Shown: piece after piece, positions 49,533 to 60,292 of the stretch
Numbering within the stretch: position 1 is the first letter of the stretch
Layout of the letters: each line of letters begins with the position of its first letter
Source of the DNA: Candidatus Bilamarchaeaceae archaeon
Lineage (GTDB): Archaea > Micrarchaeota > Micrarchaeia > Anstonellales > Bilamarchaeaceae
DNA: 64,000 bases
Assembly (NCBI GenBank): GCA_038870635.1
Contig: JAVZJR010000001.1
Location: 1-64,000 of the forward strand
Direction: 5' to 3'
Notes under the pieces: model-generated
Database searches by the model: none
What the model saw: the letters and a program-made list of their open reading frames with translations, nothing else
What the model was told of the DNA's origin: nothing
Translations under genes and position numbers: made by a program

Positions 49533-51070
49533 TATTCACACCTCGCTCCACCATTATTGCAACTTACTGTATCAGCTCCATACTCCTTTACAGAATCTTC
49601 ACTTAAACCAAATTTTCCTGTTGAAGGATCACTACTGCATATTCCTTCACTCTTACAACCTGTTTCGCCTCGAACAAGCACTGTGGTATCGCTTTTTCCA
49701 AACATCTCGCGATCAAGCGCGCTTCCTTTTGTAAAATCAAATGTATTCTCTCCGCTTGCGTACTCACCTATAATAAATGTTTCAATACCATAAGTGCTGT
49801 TAAGCGAATAAGCATCTCTAAAAAATCTTTGTAAATAGGATGGTGCTTTGTCGCTTAAAACATAATAACCACACATCGTAAAGTCTCGCAATTTCTCTAT
49901 GTCAAAAACACCAGCGCCATCTTTTTTATATTTTAATTCAGGATTATTAGAAACTTCAAATGGAGAAGCACCTCCAATAATTAAAGCGCATAGTGATTCT
50001 TTTTTCTCAACTAAATTATAGCAAGTCGGTAAAGAAATAGAAGAAGAAACAATAACAAATGGTTTCGAAGTTCGGGTGGCGTCATCTATAGAAGGTTCGC
50101 ACTTAGCGCCTTCGTATTTTATTGCGTTGAAAGTATCTTTTTCACTTGTTTTAGTAGTGCCAGCAACAGTACACGTTCCCGCAGACGAAGGAGTATTTGT
50201 TACCATATAAGCACTGAAATTCTCGTATCCCTCAAAATTTACTATTTCATTATAACTTCCCTTCAAAATATATAGATGTCTGTATTGAGAGGGTATTAAA
50301 GATGCATCATTAACATTAACAACATATCCATAAAACCAACCTTGGCCCCCTCTAACATCAGCAATTTTACTTGCGCTCATATCGCTTGGGCTTGAATAAG
50401 GACCAAAAAAGAACCTCCTGTAAATCTTTGTTCCTTTCTTTCCGCTTTCTCTTGCTATTGCCGGATCAATATAGCCAGTGATGTTAACAAAACCTTTCAC
50501 ATCATAATCGCGAGTTAGCGTTGTAGTACCTGTTTTATCACGCATACTCAAAGACATTTTTATTGAGTAGTTTAAACCATCAAATCTTTCTTGCCAAACC
50601 TTAAAATCAGAAACAACAAAATTATCAATAAAAACGCCGGTGCCTTCAAGCGAGCGATTGAGTGCCATTACCCAACCACCAAAAGATGATTGTGGTTTTG
50701 AAAATGAGATGGCACCATCGAAATTGGTTTCAGATGGAGTCCCATTTACAAAGTATTCATTAATCGCTTTTTTAACATATTTCTCCCTATCCCCCTCTGG
50801 ACCCTTTTTTAAAGGAGTATCAATGGATACTATACTGAGATCGTATACTGCTCTTTGCATTACCATATCTGCAACCTTACCTACTTTTTCAGGTGAGAGT
50901 TCAGTAACTGCAAGTTCCACATTTGACTCCTTGTATATTTCTGCGTATGCTTTTTCAGATGTTTCTAATCCCTTCACCCAAACACTCAAAGACATAATTA
51001 TGTATGAAAGAATAAGAAAAACTGAAAGAACGAAAAAAAATCCTTTTCTGTCTTTTGTCATCATAATCAC
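49532..51070 (-). CDS. large pilin-like/adhesin candidate with class III-like signal
   Basis: RKG|FFFVL plus hydrophobic helix; 512 aa; within the pilin cluster. Confidence 0.7.
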   Translation of the reverse strand: MIMMTKDRKGFFFVLSVFLILSYIIMSLSVWVKGLETSEKAYAEIYKESNVELAVTELSPEKVGKVADMVMQRAVYDLSIVSIDTPLKKGPEGDREKYVKKAINEYFVNGTPSETNFDGAISFSKPQSSFGGWVMALNRSLEGTGVFIDNFVVSDFKVWQERFDGLNYSIKMSLSMRDKTGTTTLTRDYDVKGFVNITGYIDPAIARESGKKGTKIYRRFFFGPYSSPSDMSASKIADVRGGQGWFYGYVVNVNDASLIPSQYRHLYILKGSYNEIVNFEGYENFSAYMVTNTPSSAGTCTVAGTTKTSEKDTFNAIKYEGAKCEPSIDDATRTSKPFVIVSSSISLPTCYNLVEKKESLCALIIGGASPFEVSNNPELKYKKDGAGVFDIEKLRDFTMCGYYVLSDKAPSYLQRFFRDAYSLNSTYGIETFIIGEYASGENTFDFTKGSALDREMFGKSDTTVLVRGETGCKSEGICSSDPSTGKFGLSEDSVKEYGADTVSCNNGGARCE

Positions 51071-51679
51071 CTATATAAAAACTGTAAGACGAACAAGTGT
51101 GGAATTAACCGCAGGTGCAATCTTAGAATCATCTGGAGGCAAAAGCTCGGCATTACCACAAGTGATAACTCTTTTTTCAGATGCACCAATGTCCTTGCAA
51201 CTATTATATAGGTAGGGGTTACCAGTCTGGTATAAATAATCGCTTTGACTAAACAAACCTATATTTGTTATTGTAGTAGATGCTTGGAGTTTCTTCATTG
51301 ATTTTGCATGAGGATCACTTGCAACTAAAGAAGTATCATATATAACAACCCATTCATCTCCAGATTTCTTTTCTAATTTATAACCAAATTGATTAGGAAT
51401 AGATTTTCCAATACTTTGCTGGACCACGCTATTAATTATCGGTGAAGAAGAATCAGCAGAAACTATCAAGTCAAGTACAGAACCACTGCAATCTTTTATG
51501 AGCACGCTACATGGAGTTGAAGCCGACGAAATTAAAGCATCACGCGAAAGGTAGTGTGCCTGTGTAAGGACAAAGTAGTAAGCAGATGGAACACTTGAAA
51601 AGAATATCAATGTGTAGACTGCAACAAGAGCCAATATAAATGCCACAAAAGCATCTAAAGAAAAAATAAAACCTCTCAT
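51071..51679 (-). CDS. class III-like signal peptide (minor pilin-like) protein
   Basis: MRG|FIFSLDA plus hydrophobic helix. Confidence 0.78.
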   Translation of the reverse strand: MRGFIFSLDAFVAFILALVAVYTLIFFSSVPSAYYFVLTQAHYLSRDALISSASTPCSVLIKDCSGSVLDLIVSADSSSPIINSVVQQSIGKSIPNQFGYKLEKKSGDEWVVIYDTSLVASDPHAKSMKKLQASTTITNIGLFSQSDYLYQTGNPYLYNSCKDIGASEKRVITCGNAELLPPDDSKIAPAVNSTLVRLTVFI

Positions 51680-51888
51680 GAAATTACTTTGTTATGCACC
51701 TTTTAAAAATCCTGCGTATTCCTAAAAATTTTGCGATTAACTCTGAATAATATTTAATCTTAGTTTGGAAAACATACTAAAAGTACAAAAAGATATAAAA
51801 AACATATAAAAAAACACAAAATTTATATATAATAAGAGTAATATATCACTAATGCTAATAGCAGAATTAAGTATATTAGAATTAAAAA

Positions 51889-52398
51889 ATGGGGCGGGAA
51901 GATATGCCAAAGGGATATGATGATTTAGATATTGCGATAATGAGAGAGTTGCGGGATAATGCTAAAATATCATACAAGAAACTTGCAGAAAAACTAAAAA
52001 CCCATCCAAACACTTTAATGCAAAGAATAAAAAAATTAGAAAAAGATGGAGTCATAAGAAAATACAGCGTAGACATAGATTATCGCAAAATCGGCCTTGG
52101 TTTAAGAGCAATTATTTTACTTAGAATAAAAGGAATAAATATAGTAAAAGCAAAAGAAGAAGGCGAAACAGATTTTAGTGCGATACTTAAAATGCCGCAA
52201 GTTGTTTCGCTATACGGAATAACCGGCCCATACGACGCAATAGTTTTGGTAGAAGTAAAAGACATAAAAGATTTAACCGAGACAATAGGAAAGATACAAA
52301 GCACTCCTGGAGTTACAAGAACGTCAACTTTCATCATCCTAACTACATATAAACACAGTACAGATTATAATCCTTTTAAATATGAAGGAAACAGATGA
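51889..52398 (+). CDS. Lrp/AsnC transcriptional regulator
   Basis: DDLDIAIMREL..NAKIS..KLA, RIKKLE..GVI, ITGPYD. Confidence 0.95.
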   Translation: MGREDMPKGYDDLDIAIMRELRDNAKISYKKLAEKLKTHPNTLMQRIKKLEKDGVIRKYSVDIDYRKIGLGLRAIILLRIKGINIVKAKEEGETDFSAILKMPQVVSLYGITGPYDAIVLVEVKDIKDLTETIGKIQSTPGVTRTSTFIILTTYKHSTDYNPFKYEGNR

Positions 52399-53364
52399 CT
52401 AAGTTTTAATTTCATTTTCTTTTTTCTCAGATTCTCGATAAATCTTCTCTGCAGTTCTTAGAAATACGCTATGAACATCATCAATTGGCGTTGTACCTTC
52501 GCCCACAATAACAAGACGACCGTTTCTTATCCTCTTTATTTCAGTTTCTGTTTCATTTTTACCGAAAGGATCAAACAGTGTCTTAAAAAGTAGAGCAACC
52601 AAAGGATCGCTTTCACTTTCTAAAGTAAATCTCGATGGGTCTTCACCTATGACAATCATTCTTCCTCCTATTTTAAGATAATCGTGCAGAATTGTTAAAA
52701 CTTTGTTTTTTGCCTCTATTCCACGGATAACATCCAAAACTTGAGAAACAATAGCAACATCAACAGAATTAAGTGAAAGATTTATTTGTTGGCGTTTATT
52801 ATCATCTAAAAAATCAACAGAAAAAGAAAACAAGTCAACAATAACTAGATTATCGTCCTTATGATTTAATAGTTTTAATCTTTTTTTAGCAAGTGCAATC
52901 ATATTCTCGGCGATGTCATTTATGTACAAGACAACCTCTAATTTTCTTTTTGTTTTTTCATAATAATAATTTGCCATTGTTTTGAGGAGGTTTATGGTGA
53001 CATCACCGTTGCCTACAAATGGCTCAAAAACAATTAAAGGAGAATTTTTGTTGTTGAGGGCCCTCTTTTTATCTAAAAAGTAGGATGGGAAAAAAGAATC
53101 GACCTCTTTTCCTAAAAGAATTTTTATAGCATTCGTATGTTTTTGCATCATTTTTCCATAAGCATCGTCTACCGCCCATAGATTAAAAAGTAAACGGGCG
53201 CGCTCAGAGATATCAAGTTCCTTTAGGCTCTTAGTTATTTCCTCCTCTTTTCTTTTTACTCTTTTGAAATCTTTGTGCCATTTTAGTATCTCGTCTTTTA
53301 ATTTTTTGCTCCTTATATTTTTTTCTTGGTCTTGATTAAAAATCTGTGACAGAATCATAAGCAT
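52399..53364 (-). CDS. class I SAM-dependent methyltransferase-like protein
   Basis: VFEPFVGNG, INDIAENMI, VDVAIVSQVLD, LKIGGRMIV. Confidence 0.7.
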   Translation of the reverse strand: MLMILSQIFNQDQEKNIRSKKLKDEILKWHKDFKRVKRKEEEITKSLKELDISERARLLFNLWAVDDAYGKMMQKHTNAIKILLGKEVDSFFPSYFLDKKRALNNKNSPLIVFEPFVGNGDVTINLLKTMANYYYEKTKRKLEVVLYINDIAENMIALAKKRLKLLNHKDDNLVIVDLFSFSVDFLDDNKRQQINLSLNSVDVAIVSQVLDVIRGIEAKNKVLTILHDYLKIGGRMIVIGEDPSRFTLESESDPLVALLFKTLFDPFGKNETETEIKRIRNGRLVIVGEGTTPIDDVHSVFLRTAEKIYRESEKKENEIKT

Positions 53365-53499
53365 CTAATTTATTTATTGCAAGAAGCCTTTTTAAATCCT
53401 ACCATAAGATTATACGTCTAACGACGCATAAAATATTATAACTCTCAAACTTCTAATATTATTACGACGAAAAATAAAAAAATATGCAATTGTTTTAAA

Positions 53500-54717
53500 A
53501 TGCTTGCAATAAAAAATTTTGGTATGACTTCTTTTGAAAAATTTTTAGGTTCAAGCACAATATTCCAAAACATATCTGTTCTATCCCCGCATTATATACC
53601 TAAGACCCTTCCCTACAGAGAGAAACTAATGGAAGAAATAATGATGCATATTGCTCCAACTCTTAAAAACCAAAGAAGTAGGAATATATTAATATATGGA
53701 AAAACCGGAACAGGAAAGACATGCTCAATAAAAAAAATAATGGAAGAATTTGAACGAATACCAAGTAAAACAAAGATGCATTATCTTAATTGCCGGGTGT
53801 ATAATTCAAAGTACAGAGTTCTCCAAAAAATTATGAAAGAATACTATCCTGAATTAGAGAAAGCAGGTTTTGGTTTACCTTTTATATATGAAAAACTAAT
53901 AGAAACAATGAAACAAAATGCGTATATTATAACGGTGTTGGATGAAATTGATATGGTAAAGGACCTTGACGATTTAATATATACGCTCACACGTGCAAAT
54001 GACGAAGCAGGTAATGGTGGTATAAGTATAATAGGTATATCCAACAAATTATCATTCAAAGAAAACCTTGACCCTCGTAGTAAAAGTAGTCTTAATGAGA
54101 TAGAAATCGTCTTTCCTCCATATACGTCAGAACAACTTCAGAAGATATTAGAACAAAGAGTAAACGAAGGTTTTAAACCAGGTGTGGTGCAACAATCAGC
54201 AATAAATCTCGCTGCTGCCATAACCGCCCAGGAAAGTGGTGATGCAAGATACGCTCTTAAACTTTTAATGCGAGCTGGGGAGATTGCAGAAAAACAACAA
54301 AAAACCATCGTTGACGATAGTGATGTTGAAGAAGCAAGAAAACAAGTAGAAACTGACCTAATATCAGAAGTTGTAAATACTTTACCAGAAATGCATAAGA
54401 TAACGCTCTATGCGATAGCGAAACTTTCGCTTAATGGAAGTAAGTATTCAAGATTGGATGGTATAAGCGAAGGTTTTCTGATGTCAGGCGAGGTTTATGA
54501 AGAATATGAATATTGCTGCAAAAGATTACATAAAAAACCACGAAGCCTCAGATGGTATAAAGAATACCTTAATGATTTAGAAATGCTTGGCTTAATAATA
54601 ACCACACCAAGCAGCAAAGGAATAAGAGGACAAACGACGTTGATAAAACTTGGACACCCTGCAGAAAGCGTACATAAAATAACAAAAAGCGTTTTATTCG
54701 ATGGTGAAGGTGAATGA
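53500..54717 (+). CDS. cdc6: Cdc6/Orc1 replication initiator
   Basis: YIPKTLPYRE, YGKTGTGKT, LDEID, FPPY, GDAR, C-terminal wHTH (LEMLGLI). Confidence 0.96.
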   Translation: MLAIKNFGMTSFEKFLGSSTIFQNISVLSPHYIPKTLPYREKLMEEIMMHIAPTLKNQRSRNILIYGKTGTGKTCSIKKIMEEFERIPSKTKMHYLNCRVYNSKYRVLQKIMKEYYPELEKAGFGLPFIYEKLIETMKQNAYIITVLDEIDMVKDLDDLIYTLTRANDEAGNGGISIIGISNKLSFKENLDPRSKSSLNEIEIVFPPYTSEQLQKILEQRVNEGFKPGVVQQSAINLAAAITAQESGDARYALKLLMRAGEIAEKQQKTIVDDSDVEEARKQVETDLISEVVNTLPEMHKITLYAIAKLSLNGSKYSRLDGISEGFLMSGEVYEEYEYCCKRLHKKPRSLRWYKEYLNDLEMLGLIITTPSSKGIRGQTTLIKLGHPAESVHKITKSVLFDGEGE

Positions 54718-55448
54718 AAATAAAACTAATAAAAAAGAGCGATAGGTATTTTATCGAGTTGCCAAAAGAATTCGGAATTTACGATGAGCTGGAACTTTTC
54801 AAACTCAAAGAAGGATTTTATCTTATGACAATACCTTTAGAGAGCCAAGTGCAAAAAGAAGAAAAGAAAAAAGAAAATGAAGAGTATAAAGTTAGTGAAG
54901 AGGAAAAAGCGCTCATACAAAAACTTCTCAAGATAAGATTCGAAGAGAGAACACCAGCGTATGTAAGCAGAATATTAAACCAAAAAGAAAAAGAAATTTT
55001 ACGTGAATTAGAAAACAAGAGATTTGTCAATGTCTATAAAGGAGAAAAATACAAACAAGGAGTATACAACATAAACGACCGCGTTTATTCTGTGATTTAT
55101 ACTCAACAAAATAAACCAAAAAACAAAGAAGATGATTTATTTAAAAATGGTTATTTAGTAGCAAGTGAAAAAGAAGCGCTCGCACTTCTTGAAAAAATAA
55201 AAGAACAGATAAAAAAAGGGGAGATAAGAGGAATGAAAGGATTCGATGGAAATTATTACATAATAACCTTAAAACTTTACAATGAACTTTCAAGAAAAAT
55301 CTTGAAAACACTTGATAAGGAGAAAGAAATAAGCGAAATAGCAAAAACAGTTAAGGTAGAGGAAGAAGCAGTCCGCGCAGTGCTGCACTTCTTAGCTGAG
55401 GCAGGAGAGGTAATAGAAAAAAGAAAGAATGTTTATGTTGCAGTTTAA
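54714..55448 (+). CDS. hypothetical protein (AbrB-like N-terminus, wHTH-like C-terminus), coupled to cdc6
   Basis: 4-nt overlap with cdc6; YFIELPKEF; EIAK..VRAVLHFLAEAGEV. Confidence 0.65.
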   Translation: MKIKLIKKSDRYFIELPKEFGIYDELELFKLKEGFYLMTIPLESQVQKEEKKKENEEYKVSEEEKALIQKLLKIRFEERTPAYVSRILNQKEKEILRELENKRFVNVYKGEKYKQGVYNINDRVYSVIYTQQNKPKNKEDDLFKNGYLVASEKEALALLEKIKEQIKKGEIRGMKGFDGNYYIITLKLYNELSRKILKTLDKEKEISEIAKTVKVEEEAVRAVLHFLAEAGEVIEKRKNVYVAV

Positions 55449-55463
55449 ATAGATACTAAGCGG

Positions 55464-56393
55464 CTAAGAGGATAATAGTCTTAGCATGTTTACCCCAACA
55501 CCGCCAAAAATAAAAATAGATATATATAGAAAATAGAAAAGAACCACAACCATTATTGCTGTTAGAAATAAAATAGCTATAGAACCTACTGTAGATATAA
55601 TAGCACGATTTTGCGATAAGTTGTGGATGTGTTTTATCCCACGATATCTATAATAGAGCATAACTAAAAATATTAACAAACTAACTGCTTCGACAAGCGG
55701 CCCTAAACAATATCCGATTAAAACAGCACGAATTAAGTGGATAGGTATTAAAAAAATAAACATGCTTGCGGTAGATGATAAAAGAACAGACATGGTGTCC
55801 TTAAAACTTCCATTACCACCCAGTATTTTTGAGAATAAATAGTAAATGGTAGTTTCAAAAAGTAAACCTACAGCAGTAAGAATTAAAACCAAAAGAATAA
55901 TAGTTATAAAAATTAAAATAAATCCAACTACGCCACTTGCTAAAGTGAATACGACGCCCGTGCCCCCAATTATAGTTTTTAACAGTCCTCCAAATAATAC
56001 AGAAAAAAAAGCTGTAAGAATACCACCATAAAACACAAAAACTAATAAAAAAGGCCAGCCACCGATTAAACTAAAAATAAAAGATAAAAAGGTAAGCATC
56101 CACATGTCAATTATATTTTTTATTATTCCCCTTCCTTTTTTAGATTCTTCGTCTAAAACTTCCTCACATTTCCCGTCTGCAAATTTAATCCAGGTCGCAA
56201 CAGAAGAATATGGAATAAAATTAACTATCTTAAAGCAAAAGTTCTTATATTCTCTTACTATTTCAAATATATCAGAAAAAGAACTGTTGGAAGTTGTAAC
56301 GGTAGTTGAAGATTGCTCGGGTTTTTTACTTTCTTCCTTAATTTCATTTTTAGCTGAACGGAGTACTGTCTTTTTTTGTGATTCTGTTGCCAT
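55464..56393 (-). CDS. Yip1-domain membrane protein
   Basis: Multiple TMs, KILGGNGSF..T, HNLS..RAI; start MATESQ at 56393. Confidence 0.75.
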   Translation of the reverse strand: MATESQKKTVLRSAKNEIKEESKKPEQSSTTVTTSNSSFSDIFEIVREYKNFCFKIVNFIPYSSVATWIKFADGKCEEVLDEESKKGRGIIKNIIDMWMLTFLSFIFSLIGGWPFLLVFVFYGGILTAFFSVLFGGLLKTIIGGTGVVFTLASGVVGFILIFITIILLVLILTAVGLLFETTIYYLFSKILGGNGSFKDTMSVLLSSTASMFIFLIPIHLIRAVLIGYCLGPLVEAVSLLIFLVMLYYRYRGIKHIHNLSQNRAIISTVGSIAILFLTAIMVVVLFYFLYISIFIFGGVGVNMLRLLSS

Positions 56394-56454
56394 AAGGGAA
56401 AAATATAAAGAAGCATTTAAAAAAGTAAGTAGGGGAATAGGTAAGCGTATCATT

Positions 56455-57579
56455 ATGATAGTAAAAGACAATATCTACGGAACTATCGAATTTGACGAAT
56501 TAGAAGAAAGAATAATAAACACCCCAGAATTCCAGAGATTGAGAAGAATAAAGCAAATGTCAATAACTAATCTAGTTTATCCTGGTGCAAACCACACCCG
56601 TTTTGAACATTCTCTTGGAACGGCACACCTTGCTGAAAAAATCGCGGAGAAATTAGTGGACAACATAGAAGAACGCAAAATGATAAAACTTTATGCCCTT
56701 CTTCACGACATTGGCCATGTAGCATTTTCTCATGAAGGAGAAGACGTACTAAAGAGATACTTAGGAGACCATGAAAAAATAGCAAAAGACATTATACTCA
56801 AGACACAAATAGCAGACATAATCAACGAAAATTTTAACGTTAAAAAAATATTAGAAATAGAAGAAAAAGGGATTGGCGCAATAGTAGATGGAGATATAGG
56901 TGCAGATAGAATGGATTATCTTAAAAGAGATGCGTTAAACACCGGCGTTGCTTATGGTATAATAGATATAGATAGATTAGTACACACCACACGATTAGTA
57001 AAAAATGAGATGTGCATTACAGAAGGTGGCTTAGAAGCAGCAGAATGGCTTTTGGTTGCGCGATTTATGATGTTCTCTGCTGTTTATTTGCATAAAACAG
57101 TTAGAATAGCTACAGTGATGGTTCATAAAGCAATAGAACATGCTATAAAAGATAACACGATAAAACCAGAAGAGTTTATATGGATGGGAGATGAATTTGC
57201 TCTTGCGAAAATGCGCGAATCACCAGGCGCACGCGAGTATGTTGATAGAATTATAAAGAGAAGGCTTTACAAGGAAGTAGCAGTTATTAGAGAAAAAGAC
57301 ATTACAAAAAAAGAAGCAGAAAAATTAGAAAATGAATTAAAAGAAAAATTTGGAATAGACATAATATTTGACTATCCAACACAATTTTTCAAACCAATAA
57401 AACTTAAAGTCTTAAAGAAAAACAATGCACTTGTTCCAATTTCTAATCTTTCGGATTTAGTTTCATCCCTAAATGAAGCCGAAGAAAAAAGAAAAAAAAT
57501 AATGATAATTACAAGTGAAGAAAACAAGAAAAAATATGGCAAAAAAATACAAAAAGAATTGGAAAATTTCTTAAGTTAA
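56455..57579 (+). CDS. HD-domain phosphohydrolase (SAMHD1/dNTP triphosphohydrolase-like)
   Basis: FQRLRRIKQ, YPGANHTRFEHSLG, LLHDIGH, DRMDYL.RD, VYLHK; true start 56455. Confidence 0.92.
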   Translation: MIVKDNIYGTIEFDELEERIINTPEFQRLRRIKQMSITNLVYPGANHTRFEHSLGTAHLAEKIAEKLVDNIEERKMIKLYALLHDIGHVAFSHEGEDVLKRYLGDHEKIAKDIILKTQIADIINENFNVKKILEIEEKGIGAIVDGDIGADRMDYLKRDALNTGVAYGIIDIDRLVHTTRLVKNEMCITEGGLEAAEWLLVARFMMFSAVYLHKTVRIATVMVHKAIEHAIKDNTIKPEEFIWMGDEFALAKMRESPGAREYVDRIIKRRLYKEVAVIREKDITKKEAEKLENELKEKFGIDIIFDYPTQFFKPIKLKVLKKNNALVPISNLSDLVSSLNEAEEKRKKIMIITSEENKKKYGKKIQKELENFLS

Positions 57580-57582
57580 AAA

Positions 57583-57744
57583 TTAATGAATAAAAAAGCC
57601 GGCTATTTTTATAAAAAGAACGAATGCAAAAACTACGACAATCACTGTTTTAGGGTCTATTTCAAAGCCACTTAATTTTACATCAGGTGAAAAACCGATT
57701 ATCCCAGCTGAACCCATTGGCATTGTAACTTTTTCCTGTGCCAT
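57583..57744 (-). CDS. secG: preprotein translocase subunit Sec61beta (not in ORF track)
   Basis: 53 aa MAQEKVTMPMGSAGIIGFSPDVKLSGFEIDPKTVIVVVFAFVLFIKIAGFFIH: AG....., IDP and C-terminal TM signature. Confidence 0.88.
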   Translation of the reverse strand: MAQEKVTMPMGSAGIIGFSPDVKLSGFEIDPKTVIVVVFAFVLFIKIAGFFIH

Positions 57745-57786
57745 GGAAAAATTTTCACTTAGATCATTTTAAAAAGGTTTTGAAAT

Positions 57787-58908
57787 TCAGGAGACAGTAA
57801 TCTTACTTTTTTTAAAGGAGAGAACAAAAGGATACAAAAGGAGAAGGAAACCAAGAAAAACAAAAGAGAAACGAACATCACCTAGAGCATAGATAGAAAG
57901 TATTACTACAGAGATTCCAAAAACTCTCCCTACATTTAGAAATATTTCTCTCCCGCTCATCAAAAGCGAAAGATCTCTTTTGTTATCTACTAAAATAGCA
58001 GTAGTAAAAGGCCAAAAAAGAGCAGAGAAAAAATTACGAATTCCACTAAAAGCCGCCCAAGTAATTACATTTGAGTAAAAGAACATCAAGATAGTCGAAA
58101 GCGAAGTCATAACACTAAAAATATTTATGTATAACTTTCTCTTTTTTGTCTTATCCGAAAGATAACTCATAAAAAAAGAAGCTAAAATAGAGAAAATGGT
58201 TACAAAAGCAATAAAGATGCCTAGATAAAAAGGCTGATCGAGCAATGATAGAGAAACAATAGTACCGCCTGCCAAAACACCAGTTGTTGTTCCTTCTAAA
58301 AAATTCAGCGTTCTAAAACCTTTTGTCTCTTTTATACAGCTGTTTAAATTATTTTTATACTGCTCTTCTTTTAGCAAAAATATTAGAAAAACAACTGGCA
58401 AAAAAAGAAGTGCGCTTATCAGAAAGAAAGAAAAACCGCCCCATCGCTGCAATACTAACCCCCCGACCACTGTTAAAAGAATGCTAAGAAGACCGCTTAC
58501 AGAAAAATAGAGCGTGCTAGAAGTAGCGGCGCTATTAACTGCTCCACGAAAGTACAAAATATTAAAAGGCACCCAAAATAAAAAAACAGAAAAACCATAA
58601 ATAAAAAAACTTAAAGCAAGGAGCGGAAATGAAGGTGGAAAAAACAAAATGATGATATAGGAAATCATTGCAGATAATGCTCCGCAACCCATCAACGCTC
58701 TCTTATCCAAAGATGGAGCGAAACTAAAAGCAAATATAGTAAAGAGGGCAGACAATGGCCACATGATATAAGCTAATGAAATATCAAGATTACTTAACCC
58801 CGCCTCTTTAAAATAAATTAACCAAACACTGCTAAAAACGATTGGCATAAGCCAAAAAACATAAATGAGTATAAGGTTTCTTTGGTTTTGACCACGGCCT
58901 TCGTACAT
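57787..58908 (-). CDS. MFS transporter
   Basis: About 12 TM segments, YLSDKTKKRK loop motif. Confidence 0.85.
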   Translation of the reverse strand: MYEGRGQNQRNLILIYVFWLMPIVFSSVWLIYFKEAGLSNLDISLAYIMWPLSALFTIFAFSFAPSLDKRALMGCGALSAMISYIIILFFPPSFPLLALSFFIYGFSVFLFWVPFNILYFRGAVNSAATSSTLYFSVSGLLSILLTVVGGLVLQRWGGFSFFLISALLFLPVVFLIFLLKEEQYKNNLNSCIKETKGFRTLNFLEGTTTGVLAGGTIVSLSLLDQPFYLGIFIAFVTIFSILASFFMSYLSDKTKKRKLYINIFSVMTSLSTILMFFYSNVITWAAFSGIRNFFSALFWPFTTAILVDNKRDLSLLMSGREIFLNVGRVFGISVVILSIYALGDVRFSFVFLGFLLLLYPFVLSFKKSKITVS

Positions 58909-58969
58909 TCTAATACCTTTTTAATTATTAAAATAGCAAACTTAAAATCCTTTAGGAAGAATAAAACAC

Positions 58970-60292
58970 ATGGCAAAATATTTTGGGACGAATGGTGCAA
59001 GAGGAAAAATAGATGAATTCCCTCCACACATAGCAAAAAAACTTGCATACGCAACAGGCGAATACCTTAAAAATGGAAGGATTCTACTTGCACGCGATGG
59101 AAGAAATAGCGGCCAAATTTATTTTAATGCGATTTCAGAAGGTCTGCTTGAAGCAGGATGCACAGTAATCGATCTTGGAATGGTGACTTCTCCGACTGCA
59201 GAATTTATGATAAAAAAGCTGAATGCAGACGGGCTTGTGATAATAACCGCTTCTCACAATCCTCCAGAGTATAATGGTATGAAAGTAGTGGACGGCAATG
59301 GCGTGGCTGTCTCCAAAGAAAGAGCAGAAGAAATAGAGATAATAGCGGAAAAACCAGCAACTAAAAAAAATGGAGTTATGAAAAAATACGAAAGGGCAAC
59401 CGAAGACCACATAGAGGAGATTATAAAAAAAATCGATGTTGAAAAAATAAAAAAGATAAAACCACGCTTAGTGCTTGACTGTGGAAATGGAATGTCATCA
59501 CTCATAACACCTCAACTATTCAAAAGATTAGGATGCGAAGTAATACCTATAAACTCCCATGTTGATGGTAATTTTCCAGGCAGGCCTTCAGAACCAACAG
59601 AGGCAAACGTAAGCGATATGTTGTCATTAGCCAAAGAGGTTGGGGCTGACGCTGGGATTGCATGGGATGGTGATGCAGATAGAGTAGCATTTGCAGATGA
59701 AAACGGCCATTATGTAATAGGAGACAAGGTTTTTGCCCTTTCAGCTATCCTTAAGTTGAGAAAGGAGAGAGGAGATATAGTAACAACAGTAGCAACAACA
59801 AAAGCAATGGAGGATATAGCAGAAAATTTTGGCGTTAAAGTAAGATACACTAAAATAGGTGCGCCATATCTATGCGAAGAGATGTTGAAGGGAAACGCGG
59901 CGATTGCAGGGGAAGAGGTTGGCGGAGTGATTTGGCCAGAGATATCGCTAGCAAAAGAAGGCATATATACAGCTGCGAAGATAGTAGAAGCGATATGTGA
60001 AAAAAAACTTTCAGAGTGGATTAAAGATTTGCCTCAATATGTAAACATAAAAGAAAAAATAAAGGCAGATGATAAAAAGAAAAAAGAAATAATTAGAAAA
60101 ATGTTAGAATACGCAAAAACAAATAATCTCAATTACATCGACATAGATGGAGTTAGAATAAATTATGATTGTGGGTGGGTTATAGTTAGAGCATCAGGTA
60201 CAGAAGATTACGTTAGAATATTCGCAGAGGCAAAGAGCACCAAAGAAGCAAAAGAATTAATAAACAAGCATAGATTAATAATCGGTGAGTAA
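58970..60292 (+). CDS. phosphohexomutase (phosphoglucosamine mutase / PMM-PGM)
   Basis: FGTNG.RG, TASHNP, DGDADR, GEE.GG, VRASGTE. Confidence 0.95.
   Translation: MAKYFGTNGARGKIDEFPPHIAKKLAYATGEYLKNGRILLARDGRNSGQIYFNAISEGLLEAGCTVIDLGMVTSPTAEFMIKKLNADGLVIITASHNPPEYNGMKVVDGNGVAVSKERAEEIEIIAEKPATKKNGVMKKYERATEDHIEEIIKKIDVEKIKKIKPRLVLDCGNGMSSLITPQLFKRLGCEVIPINSHVDGNFPGRPSEPTEANVSDMLSLAKEVGADAGIAWDGDADRVAFADENGHYVIGDKVFALSAILKLRKERGDIVTTVATTKAMEDIAENFGVKVRYTKIGAPYLCEEMLKGNAAIAGEEVGGVIWPEISLAKEGIYTAAKIVEAICEKKLSEWIKDLPQYVNIKEKIKADDKKKKEIIRKMLEYAKTNNLNYIDIDGVRINYDCGWVIVRASGTEDYVRIFAEAKSTKEAKELINKHRLIIGE

Noticed and set aside
53365..53499. Replication origin next to cdc6
   Set aside because: AT-rich but no recognisable ORB/mini-ORB repeats; skew cannot be computed here
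56104..56471. Long N-terminal extensions making the HD and Yip1 genes overlap
   Set aside because: Artefact of longest-ORF calling; homology-like sequence starts at 56455 (+) and 56393 (-) around a divergent promoter
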